64,000 bases of DNA, taken from NCBI GenBank assembly GCA_040753085.1, contig JBFMHI010000002.1, forward strand, positions 4,087-68,086. The letters run 5' to 3'. The notes under the pieces were generated by a model, which was not told the origin of the DNA, did no database searches, and saw only the letters and a program-made list of their open reading frames with translations. Of the stretch, positions 27,470 through 35,292 are shown one piece after another; positions within the stretch are counted from its first letter, which is position 1, and each line of letters starts with the position of its first letter. The DNA comes from a bacterium. GTDB lineage: Bacteria > UBA9089 > JASEGY01. Position numbers and translations under genes: made by a program.

Positions 27470-28456
27470 ATGTTCAAGATGGCTAATAATAGACAGATGA
27501 CATTATTAAAGGCAGAAGAGGAGCATATCAGGAGGGTTCTTCCCTTACTCCTAAAGAAAGATGACAGGTTTAGAACCGAGGTCTCTATTATCCTAAGCGA
27601 GGTCTTTGCCAAGAAGGATGAGCTAAGGATAGTTATAGAGGAGATTCAGAAAAGCAGAGAAGAGACAAGCCGAAGGTTTGAGGAGATGCGAGAAGAGACA
27701 AGCCGAAGGTTTGAGGAGATGCGAGAAGAGACAAACCGAAGGTTTGAGGAGATGCGAGAAGAGACAAACCGAAGGTTTGAGGAGATGCGAGAAGAGACAA
27801 ACCGAAGGTTTGAGGAGATGAACCAAAGGTTTGAAGAACATCGCGAAGAGACAAACCGAAGGTTTGAGGAGATGAACCGAAGGTTTGAAGAACATTGCGA
27901 AGAGACAAACCGAAGGTTTGAGGAGATGAACCGAAGGTTTGAAGAACATCGCGAAGAGACAAATAAGAGGTTTGAGGCAGTAGAAACCCAACTTCAGGAA
28001 CAAACAAAGCAGCTAAGGGAGCATTCAGTCCAACTTCAGGAACAATCAAGGGAAATAAGAAGGATGGGGATAAGCATCAGAACCGTAGGGGCAAGGTGGG
28101 GAATATTTGCTGAAGGGACAATCCGAAATACCTTAAAGGAGCTACTCCTCAAAAAGCTTAAAGTAAAAGAGGTATCCTCGTGGAAGGTAATGGATAAAGA
28201 GGGAAAGGTAGGTATTCCTAATTCAGAGGTAGAGGTAGACATCCTTATCCAGAATGAGAAGCATTTTCTAATAGAGATAAAATCCTCTGCCGATGAAGAA
28301 AATGTAGAGAGGTTTTATAAAATAGGAAATTTTTATTATGAGAAGACAAAGATTAAGCCAAATCTTATCTTTGTAGCGGTGGAGATGAACAAAAAGGGAG
28401 AAGACCTCTGCAAAAAACTAGATATCCAGCTTATAACCTACGAGGATTTGGACTGA
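27470..28456 (+). CDS. tandem-repeat coiled-coil protein with a C-terminal PD-(D/E)XK (restriction-endonuclease-like) domain, possibly DUF3782-like
   Basis: About nine 11-aa repeats REETNRRFEEM, then a C-terminal region with EVEVDILIQNEKHFLIEIKSS (D..E.K pattern) and LIFVAVEM; inserted between rpoC and rpsL. Confidence 0.65.
   Translation: MFKMANNRQMTLLKAEEEHIRRVLPLLLKKDDRFRTEVSIILSEVFAKKDELRIVIEEIQKSREETSRRFEEMREETSRRFEEMREETNRRFEEMREETNRRFEEMREETNRRFEEMNQRFEEHREETNRRFEEMNRRFEEHCEETNRRFEEMNRRFEEHREETNKRFEAVETQLQEQTKQLREHSVQLQEQSREIRRMGISIRTVGARWGIFAEGTIRNTLKELLLKKLKVKEVSSWKVMDKEGKVGIPNSEVEVDILIQNEKHFLIEIKSSADEENVERFYKIGNFYYEKTKIKPNLIFVAVEMNKKGEDLCKKLDIQLITYEDLD
27655..27985 (+). repeat. array of about nine 33-nt tandem repeats (gaagagacaagccgaaggtttgaggagatgcga) inside the CDS
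   Basis: Directly visible near-identical 33-mers; they produce the spurious antisense ORFs 27623-28003 and 27633-28049. Confidence 0.85.
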
Positions 28457-28475
28457 AGAAGGTAGGTAGTACTCT

Positions 28476-28583
28476 ATGACATTTGATAGGGTGGATAGAG
28501 TCTTTTGAGTTTGAGGCGGGCTTTTCGGGATGGTAAATTGCCAGTTTACTGACTTATACCTGACCCACCATATCAAATGTCAT
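28476..28583. other. 19-bp inverted repeat ATGACATTTGATAGGGTGG / CCACCATATCAAATGTCAT separated by about 70 bp
   Basis: Near-perfect IR (1 mismatch) directly downstream of the repeat-protein gene. Confidence 0.5.
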
Positions 28584-28712
28584 CGAGGAGTAGTTATATG
28601 GTCACAAAAGTAATGACAAGGGGGCGTGTTATCTAAGTTCTTATAACACTGTCGGTTAACGGGCAGGCTAATTAAAAAATCGCATCTTGATAAATGTTTT
28701 AGAAAAAAACTG

Positions 28713-28741
28713 TTGACAAAATAAAAATATGGTGGTAAACT
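28713..28741 (+). promoter_or_regulatory. candidate sigma70 promoter TTGACA-17-TAAACT
   Basis: ttgacaaaataaaaatatggtggtaaact. Confidence 0.45.
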
Positions 28742-28747
28742 GGTAAC

Positions 28748-28884
28748 TCCAACGCCAGAGGGAAGTGCCAGGGTTAAGAAGCTGTTTTTTAAGTATCCCT
28801 AAGGGGGTGATTACCTATTTAGTTCTTAACGAAAGAAGAAAAGGTAGACGCTTAAAAAGGCAGCTCTGCGGGCTGCTTTTTTTT
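28748..28884 (+). ncRNA. candidate small RNA (about 135 nt) between a promoter and an intrinsic terminator (GCAGCTCTGCGGGCTGC plus T8)
   Basis: The promoter at 28713-28741 and the terminator hairpin at 28860-28876 followed by tttttttt bracket a segment with no plausible ORF. Confidence 0.3.
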
Positions 28885-28904
28885 GATTATCAATTGCTAA
28901 TGGT

Positions 28905-29040
28905 TAATGGGCCATACCGCCAAGGTCACCCCGACCACTTATTTTTGGTGATGGGTAGTCTGGTAACGGTCAGACCATAGACCCCAAGCCCCAGACGACC
29001 AGACACCAGATAAAGTGGTGGGTGGGCGAGTTTGGCCGTA
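28905..29040. repeat. hairpin repeat, copy 1 (arms CATACCGCCAAGGTCACCCCGACCACTT / AAGTGGTGGGTGGGCGAGTTTGGCCGTATG); inverted copy at 47150-47245
   Basis: The two loci align over about 100 bp in opposite orientation; both sit immediately upstream of an operon-leading r-protein gene (rpsL, rpsM). Confidence 0.55.
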
Positions 29041-29080
29041 TGACGTTAAGGGTTAATTATTAGCCAAGAGGAGGAAGATT

Positions 29081-29464
29081 TTGCCGACGATTAATCAATT
29101 GATCAGGAAGGGTAGAGAAAAAGGAAAGAAGAAGACTAAAACTCCGGCTTTAGCGGGCTCGCCGCAAAGAAGGGGAGTTTGCACCAAGGTTTATACCACC
29201 ACACCCAAGAAGCCAAATTCTGCTTTAAGAAAAATAGCCAGGGTAAGATTATCCAGTGGCTTTGAAGTTACTACTTATATCCCCGGGATTGGGCATAATT
29301 TGCAGGAGCACTCCGTTATTCTTCTGAGGGGAGGAAGGGTGAAGGATATACCAGGGGTGAGATATCATATTATTAGGGGAGCCTACGATGCCAGCGGCGT
29401 AGCTGATCGATTCCAAGGCAGGTCAAAATACGGAGCCAAGACACCGAAAAAGAAAGCAGAGTAA
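29081..29464 (+). CDS. rpsL: 30S ribosomal protein S12 (TTG start)
   Basis: [14 protein letters not shown]...; RBS gaggagg. Confidence 0.95.
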   Translation: MPTINQLIRKGREKGKKKTKTPALAGSPQRRGVCTKVYTTTPKKPNSALRKIARVRLSSGFEVTTYIPGIGHNLQEHSVILLRGGRVKDIPGVRYHIIRGAYDASGVADRFQGRSKYGAKTPKKKAE

Positions 29465-29465
29465 A

Positions 29466-29529
29466 AGTTTCGAGTTTCGAGTTGGCCGGAAGACGAAAGG
29501 CGAAACTTTAAACCCGAAACTCGAAACTT
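29466..29529. repeat. GAAACTC/GAGTTTC heptamer inverted arrays
   Basis: gtttcgagtttcgagtt ... aaacccgaaactcgaaactt. Confidence 0.6.
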
Positions 29530-29551
29530 AAGAAGAAGGGGAGGTTTTTTC

Positions 29552-30022
29552 GTGCCCAGAAGGCGATTGACTAAAAAGCGTGATATCCCAGCGGACGCGG
29601 TTTATAACAGTCAGATGGTGGGTAGATTTGTCAATAAGCTTATGAGGCGGGGGAAAAAGAGTCTGGCGGAGAGGATATTCTATCGGACAATGAAAGTGGT
29701 TGAAGAAAAGACCGGTGAACCACCTTTAAAGATCTTTAAAAAGGCCGTCGATGGGGTAAGACCCAGATTGGCGGTTAAAGCCAGGCGAGTAGGTGGGGCC
29801 ACCTACCAGGTTCCGGTAGAGGTGACTAAAGACCGGGGAATATCCTTGTCTATGCGATGGATTATTTCCTTTGCTAAACAAAGAAAAGGCAAAAGTATGG
29901 TGGAGAGGTTAGCGGCCGAATTAATAGATGCCGCTAAAGGCACGGGCACTTCTATCAAGAAACGAGATGATACTCACCGGATGGCTGAGGCAAACAAGGC
30001 CTTTGCCCATTATCGTTGGTAG
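29552..30022 (+). CDS. rpsG: 30S ribosomal protein S7 (GTG start)
   Basis: S7-like sequence; position after rpsL. Confidence 0.95.
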   Translation: MPRRRLTKKRDIPADAVYNSQMVGRFVNKLMRRGKKSLAERIFYRTMKVVEEKTGEPPLKIFKKAVDGVRPRLAVKARRVGGATYQVPVEVTKDRGISLSMRWIISFAKQRKGKSMVERLAAELIDAAKGTGTSIKKRDDTHRMAEANKAFAHYRW

Positions 30023-30120
30023 GTAGCCATATTGAAACAGGGAGCAATTAATTTTCCCCACAAAAAGCTATTGAGTTAACTCAGAAAAGGTTTTTGCCTA
30101 ACAACTCACTGCACCTGACC

Positions 30121-30141
30121 AAAACCGCCAGCGGTTTTTGC
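30121..30141 (+). terminator. short terminator-like hairpin AAAACCGCCAGCGGTTTTTG
   Basis: Stem CCGC/GCGG with a T5 tail, between rpsG and the GC-rich orphan ORF. Confidence 0.3.
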
Positions 30142-30246
30142 AGGTGAGTTCTATTGTTAGGCGGTACAACAAGTGTGCAAGATAAAAATCGCGGCCACGC
30201 TATGGCTCTCAGTGCAATCAAGCTCTACTGCATACGGAGGTAAGCA

Positions 30247-30516
30247 ATGAATTTGCGTGAGATTCTCGCCGACATCCATGCTCTCGAAACGGAACTATTG
30301 GACTTTGAGCGGCGATATGGCGTCCGCTCGGAAACTTTCTACACAGCATACATCAATGGCGAAGAACCCGAAGATGACAACTGGGTATTGGATTTTGGAG
30401 AGTGGGCTAGTGTGTATCGAACCTGGCTGGCTCGCCAAGCCGAATATCGCAACGAAGTCCAGCGGGTCCAACTCCACGTGCCGAGTCTGGCGGGATTAGT
30501 CCGAGTAGCCGCATGA
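30247..30516 (+). CDS. hypothetical 89-aa protein, GC-rich with atypical codon usage; foreign insertion between rpsG and fusA
   Basis: Codon third positions are visibly richer in G/C than the flanking genes. No recognisable motif; an overlapping alternative-frame ORF at 30257-30499 makes the coding frame uncertain. Confidence 0.4.
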   Translation: MNLREILADIHALETELLDFERRYGVRSETFYTAYINGEEPEDDNWVLDFGEWASVYRTWLARQAEYRNEVQRVQLHVPSLAGLVRVAA

Positions 30517-30632
30517 GCAATCCCTTGCGTACGTCAGAGGACTATGAACTGTTTCTAATTGGTAATTAAATTAATTAAGGAGAGGCATTCTTAAACGATG
30601 AGGATTCTTTCTTCGGGATGCGGAATTAAATT

Positions 30633-32717
30633 ATGGCGGAAACAATTTTACTTAAGTATATTAGAAATATTGGTATTATGGCTCATATCGATGCTGGTAA
30701 GACCACCACTACAGAGCGGATGCTTTACTATACTGGTAAAGTTTATAAGTTGGGTGAAGTCGATGCTGGCACCGCTACTATGGATTGGATGGAACAGGAG
30801 CAGGAGCGTGGGATTACTATCACGGCGGCCGCCACCACCCTATCCTGGCGAGATCACCGGATCAACCTTATTGATACGCCCGGACACGTAGATTTTACTA
30901 TGGAAGTGGAGCGGTCTTTAAGGGTTCTCGATGGGGCCGTGGCTCTTTTCTGTTCGGTAGGGGGAGTAGAACCTCAATCAGAGACGGTCTGGCATCAGGC
31001 TGAGAAATACAAGATTCCAAGGATTGCCTTTGTTAATAAGATGGATAAGGTAGGCGCTAATTTCCATCAAGTTATCCGAATGATGGAAGAGAGGCTTTCG
31101 GCGCGGGCCGTTCCGATACAACTTCCGATAGGTAGCGAAGAAAATTTTGTGGGTGTCATTGATTTAGTGGGAATGAAGGCTATCCGCTGGCAAGCTGATG
31201 ACTTGGGGGCCAGTTTTACGGTGGAAGATATTCCGGAAGATTATTTAGAAGAAAGCTGGCATCATCATAATTTACTTATCGAGGCGCTGGCTGAATCCGA
31301 TAATGAATTAATGGAGAAATATATTGAGGAGGAAGATATAAGCGAGGCTGAAATTAAGGCAACTCTCAGAAGGCTGACCATTGGGGCTAAGATATCCCCT
31401 GTTTTATGTGGGAGTTCCTTTAAAAACAAAGGAGTTCAGCCGCTGCTTGATGCCATTGTTGATTATTTACCGGCGCCCTCCGACGTTCCCGCTGTGGTGG
31501 GGATTAATCCTGACACAGAGGTAAGAGAAGAGAGGCTCGGGACCAAAGAGGAACCCTTTTCTGCCCTTATCTTTAAGGTGGCGGCTGACCCCTATGTGGG
31601 GAATTTAAGTTACATTCGGGTGTATTCAGGTTCTTGTGCCACCGGGGACCAGGTTTATAATTCAGTGGTCAGGAAGAGAGAACGACTAGGCCGGCTTGTT
31701 CAGATGCATGCTAACAAGAGGGCGGATATTAAGGAGGTTTCGGCCGGGGATATTGTGGCCATAGTCGGACTAAAAAATACCGCTACCGGTCAGACCCTAT
31801 GTGATCGAAATCATCCTATCCTCCTGGAATCCATTCACTTTCCTGAACCGGTTATCTCGGTAGCTATAGAGCCTAAAACAAAATTGGATGAGGAAAAGCT
31901 GTCTCTTTGTCTTTCTTCTTTATCACAGGAGGATCCGACTTTCAAGGTGGTCACGGATCCGGAGACCGGCCAGATGATCATATCCGGGATGGGGGAGCTT
32001 CATCTTGAAGTCTTAACCGACCGGATGCAAAGGGAATTCAAGGTCGGGGTGAGGGTAAGTAAACCTCATGTCGTTTATCGGGAGACGATAAGGCGAAGCG
32101 TCAAATCCGAAGGTAGATATATCAAACAAACGGGTGGGCGCGGCCAGTATGGACACGTTTGGATTGAATTTATTCCTGGTGAACCAGGCTCCGAATTTAC
32201 TTTTACTAATCGAATTGTAGGCGGAGCTATTCCCAAAGAATATATTTCAGCGGTGGAAAAGGGGGTTAAAGAAGCGGCTGAACATGGAGTTCTGGCCGGC
32301 TATCCCTTAGTGGATTTTGAGGCTGTTCTTTATGATGGTTCCTACCATGAAGTTGATTCATCCGAACTGGCCTTTAAAAATGCCGGGGCTTTAGCCCTTA
32401 GAGAGGGGCTTAAACGGGCGGCCCCTGTTTTGCTGGAGCCGGTAATGAAGATAGAAGTTGTTGTTCCGAGGGATTTTACGGGAGATGTAATTGGTGATCT
32501 TAATGCCAGGCGGTCCAATATTTCCGGGATGGAACCTCGGGGCAGAGAGACCCAGGTAATTAAAGGAATCGTTCCTTTAGCCGAGATGTCCGGCTACGCT
32601 ACCTCCCTCAGGTCGTTAACCCAGGGCCGGGCAACCTATCATATGGAATTTTCTCACTATGAAGAGGTCCCGCGTCAAATCTCGGATGAGATTACCAAGG
32701 GATTGAAGGCGGCCTAA
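30633..32717 (+). CDS. fusA: translation elongation factor G
   Basis: [19 protein letters not shown] and DTPGHVDF G-domain motifs; 694 aa. Confidence 0.97.
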   Translation: MAETILLKYIRNIGIMAHIDAGKTTTTERMLYYTGKVYKLGEVDAGTATMDWMEQEQERGITITAAATTLSWRDHRINLIDTPGHVDFTMEVERSLRVLDGAVALFCSVGGVEPQSETVWHQAEKYKIPRIAFVNKMDKVGANFHQVIRMMEERLSARAVPIQLPIGSEENFVGVIDLVGMKAIRWQADDLGASFTVEDIPEDYLEESWHHHNLLIEALAESDNELMEKYIEEEDISEAEIKATLRRLTIGAKISPVLCGSSFKNKGVQPLLDAIVDYLPAPSDVPAVVGINPDTEVREERLGTKEEPFSALIFKVAADPYVGNLSYIRVYSGSCATGDQVYNSVVRKRERLGRLVQMHANKRADIKEVSAGDIVAIVGLKNTATGQTLCDRNHPILLESIHFPEPVISVAIEPKTKLDEEKLSLCLSSLSQEDPTFKVVTDPETGQMIISGMGELHLEVLTDRMQREFKVGVRVSKPHVVYRETIRRSVKSEGRYIKQTGGRGQYGHVWIEFIPGEPGSEFTFTNRIVGGAIPKEYISAVEKGVKEAAEHGVLAGYPLVDFEAVLYDGSYHEVDSSELAFKNAGALALREGLKRAAPVLLEPVMKIEVVVPRDFTGDVIGDLNARRSNISGMEPRGRETQVIKGIVPLAEMSGYATSLRSLTQGRATYHMEFSHYEEVPRQISDEITKGLKAA

Positions 32718-32723
32718 AACTAA

Positions 32724-32811
32724 GCTCGATGCTCGATGCTCGATGCTGGGTAAAGGATCCCGTATCCAGGATCGAGCATCCAGCATCGAGGATCGAGCAT
32801 CGAGGATCGAG
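32724..32811. repeat. CATCGAG-family heptamer hairpin (no outer TIR) directly after the fusA stop
   Basis: gctcgatgctcgatgctcgatgctgggtaaaggatcccgtatccaggatcgagcatccagcatcgaggatcgagcatcgaggatcgag. Confidence 0.7.
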
Positions 32812-32821
32812 AGGAGTTGTT

Positions 32822-33130
32822 GTGGTTTCCCAAAAGATTCGTATTAAGCTTAATGCCTATGACCATAGGATCCTGGATCAGTCGGCGGGTGAAATTGTTT
32901 CTACGGCTAATCGGACCGGCGCCAGGGTGGCCGGCCCTATCCCTCTGCCGACAAAGATAAGTCGATATACGGTCTTAAGATCCCCTCACGTGGATAAAAA
33001 GTCAAGGGAACAATTTGAAATGCGCATCCACAAAAGGGTCTTGGATATCCTGGAGCCGACTGAAGATACCATCGCGGCTTTAATGAAGTTAGAGCTTCCG
33101 GCAGGAGTCGAGGTAGAGATAAAGCTCTAA
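32822..33130 (+). CDS. rpsJ: 30S ribosomal protein S10 (GTG start assumed)
   Basis: ...[43 protein letters not shown]... matches S10. The track ORF start at 32729 reads through the heptamer repeat; RBS gaggag at 32811. Confidence 0.85.
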   Translation: MVSQKIRIKLNAYDHRILDQSAGEIVSTANRTGARVAGPIPLPTKISRYTVLRSPHVDKKSREQFEMRIHKRVLDILEPTEDTIAALMKLELPAGVEVEIKL

Positions 33131-33215
33131 TTAGGGCGGACTTGTATCTACTCAGCCCTCATAGGGAACACCGATTATCCAGATTTTTCCCTGATGGCCC
33201 AGATTAAAAATAATT

Positions 33216-33473
33216 CGACCTGTACGGTTAGGTTGTAGACTACTGACGCTGAAAGCGTTGAATTTTAAATAGCCGTAGATGCAATCTCCGGAAACAAATC
33301 GCCACGCTCGACCCTGCAAGGGTCGAATATTATCCATCGCCTAGAATTCAACCCTTTCAGGGTTGAGATGTTCGTAGCTGTTTTACCTTCCGCAGGTTTC
33401 ACCTGTGGTTATGTAAAATTCAAACCTTTCAGGTTTGAAGGGAATTGCTTGTAATCTCTAACCGCACAGGTCG
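33216..33473. mobile_element. 258-bp MITE-like element (TIR CGACCTGTACGGTTA / TAACCGCACAGGTCG), internally a chain of short hairpins, perfect 8-bp TSD AAATAATT; second copy at 50696-50949
   Basis: AAATAATT at 33208-33215 and 33474-33481; internal hairpins gacgctGAAAgcgtc, cgaccctGCAAgggtcg, caaccctTTCAgggttg, caaaccTTTCAggtttg, ccgcaggtttcacctgtgg. The two copies are about 90% identical. Confidence 0.75.
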
Positions 33474-33570
33474 AAATAATTCCTGAGAAGGGCTGAAATC
33501 GGGGTGCCTCTTTTGGTTTGGCTGAATATTTAGATGGGGGAGTGCAGGATAAAAAACCATGAATAAACAA

Positions 33571-33600
33571 TCCGAAATCCGAAATCCGAAATCCGAAATG
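33571..33600. repeat. AATCCGA heptamer array (x4) immediately upstream of / overlapping the rplC start
   Basis: caatccgaaatccgaaatccgaaatccgaaatg. Confidence 0.7.
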
Positions 33601-34230
33601 CGATTAGGCATTTTAGGGAAAAAAATCGGGATGACTCAGATATTTGGAGAGGCCCAGCAGCTTATTCCAGTAACTGTTATTGAGACTAAGCCTTGTGTAG
33701 TAACCCAGGTTAAAAGCCGGGAGTCGGAGGGATATAATGCGGTCCAACTGGGCTTTGAAAAACAAAAAGAAGGGCTGGTGGCCAAACCCCTTTTAGGCCG
33801 GTTCAAGAAGGTTAAGATACCTCCTATGAAATATTTGAGAGAATTCAGGTTGGATGATATTTCGGGGCACGAAGTTGGCCAGGAAGTGAGAGTAGAAAGT
33901 CTCTTTAAGCCGGGAGAATATGTGGATGTCACCGGAACATCTAAAGGAAAAGGATTTGCGGGGGTGGTTAAGCGATGGGGTTTTAAAGGCGGGAAGGCCA
34001 GCCATGGTTCTATGTTTCACCGGGCGCCCGGTTCTATTGGCGCTTCAGCGGCTCCGTCCAGGGTCTTTAAAGGGACCAGGCTTCCAGGACGGATGGGGGG
34101 AAAACAGAGCACCATTCAAAATCTAGAGATAGTCAAGGTAGAGGCAGAGAAAAATTTGCTTTTAGTTAAAGGAGCGGCCCCCGGGAAAAAGGGGGAACTT
34201 CTGGTTATCAGGAAAGCGAAGAAGAGGTAA
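33598..34230 (+). CDS. rplC: 50S ribosomal protein L3 (start taken at the MRLGILGKKIGMTQIF Met)
   Basis: The canonical L3 N-terminus begins at the Met at 33598. The track start at 33559 would add an extension encoded by the heptamer array. Confidence 0.85.
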   Translation: MRLGILGKKIGMTQIFGEAQQLIPVTVIETKPCVVTQVKSRESEGYNAVQLGFEKQKEGLVAKPLLGRFKKVKIPPMKYLREFRLDDISGHEVGQEVRVESLFKPGEYVDVTGTSKGKGFAGVVKRWGFKGGKASHGSMFHRAPGSIGASAAPSRVFKGTRLPGRMGGKQSTIQNLEIVKVEAEKNLLLVKGAAPGKKGELLVIRKAKKR

Positions 34231-34233
34231 GGG

Positions 34234-34851
34234 ATGCCGAAAGCGGATTTGTATAATATGGAAGGAAGTATCCTGGGACAAGTTAGTCTTAAGGAAGATA
34301 TTTTTGGCCAATCAGTATCCGAAGGCCTTTTATATGAGGTAGTGAGAGCTTATCTGCTTAATCAACGCCTGGGTTGCGCTTCCACCAAAGGGAAAGCTGA
34401 AGTTCGAGGCGGCGGACGAAAACCATGGAGACAAAAAGGCACCGGCCGGGCCAGAGCAGGCTCTACCAGGTCGCCTCTTTGGAAAGGGGGAGGCACTATC
34501 TTTGGCCCTCAACCCGGGCAGCACCGAATAAGAATTTCTGCTCAGGCTAAGCAGAAAGCCCTGCGTGGGGTCTTAAGTGAAAAGGTGGAGCAGGGGAATT
34601 TCAGAGTTCTGGAGACATTAAATCTGAATGAGGCGAAAACTTCGGCTATGGTTGAGCTGTTGAACCGCTTGCAACTGAATAGGCCTTTAATCGTCCTGGA
34701 TGGGAATGATCAAAAAATATTAATGGCTTCTAAGAATATAAAAGGCTTAAAAGTGACCGGCGTAGATAATCTTAACCCTTATCTGGTCATTAAACATGAG
34801 AAAGTCCTTATGACCAAGGCCGCTTTAGCTCGATTGGAGGATTCATTATGA
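34234..34851 (+). CDS. rplD: 50S ribosomal protein L4
   Basis: L4-like sequence; operon position. Confidence 0.9.
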   Translation: MPKADLYNMEGSILGQVSLKEDIFGQSVSEGLLYEVVRAYLLNQRLGCASTKGKAEVRGGGRKPWRQKGTGRARAGSTRSPLWKGGGTIFGPQPGQHRIRISAQAKQKALRGVLSEKVEQGNFRVLETLNLNEAKTSAMVELLNRLQLNRPLIVLDGNDQKILMASKNIKGLKVTGVDNLNPYLVIKHEKVLMTKAALARLEDSL

Positions 34852-35144
34852 TGCCCCATCATATTATCAAACGTCCTTTAATTAATGAAAAGGCGACTAA
34901 GATGCGGCAAGAGAAAAAAGACTCTAAGAAGTATTGCTTTGTGGTTGATAGAAAAGCGAATAAGTTTCAAATAAAACAGGCCATAGAGGAATTTTTCAAG
35001 GTTAAAGTAGTCAAGATAAATACGATGATTCAACATGGTAAACGCCGAAGGGTGAGATTTCGCCCTGGTCTGAGGCCGGATTGGAAGAAGGCTATGGTGA
35101 CACTGGCGCCGGGTCAGACGATAGGTTTTTTTGAGGGGATCTAA
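34848..35144 (+). CDS. rplW: 50S ribosomal protein L23
   Basis: L23-like sequence; 4-bp overlap with rplD. Confidence 0.9.
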   Translation: MMPHHIIKRPLINEKATKMRQEKKDSKKYCFVVDRKANKFQIKQAIEEFFKVKVVKINTMIQHGKRRRVRFRPGLRPDWKKAMVTLAPGQTIGFFEGI

Positions 35145-35146
35145 CC

Positions 35147-35281
35147 AGGGCAGATTGGGGATGGCCAAGGGCGGATTTAGTATCTGCTTTGCCATCCGAA
35201 ATAAAAAGTGGAGGTTAGGATGGGCGTATTTTAGATGGGGGAAGAAAAGGTTTTAAATCCGCCATTCGAAATCTGCCCTCC
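35147..35281. other. inverted-repeat element in the rplW-rplB spacer (arms GGGCAGATTGGGGATGGCCAAGGGCGGATTTAG / TTAAATCCGCCATTCGAAATCTGCCC)
   Basis: About 30-bp imperfect arms separated by about 70 bp; this spacer is normally only a few bp. Confidence 0.5.
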
Positions 35282-35292
35282 AAAATTGTAGC

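Noticed and set aside
27623-28049. Minus-strand ORFs 27623-28003 and 27633-28049 (FFKPSVHLLKPSVCLFAM... and SPQTFGLSL... repeats)
   Set aside because: Antisense translation of the 33-nt tandem repeats inside the plus-strand repeat-protein gene.
33559-33597. Track start of rplC at 33559 (MNKQSEIRNPKSE...)
   Set aside because: The extension is encoded by the AATCCGA heptamer array; the conserved L3 N-terminus starts at the Met at 33598, so the shorter start is preferred, though the upstream ATG is noted as a possible phase-variable start.
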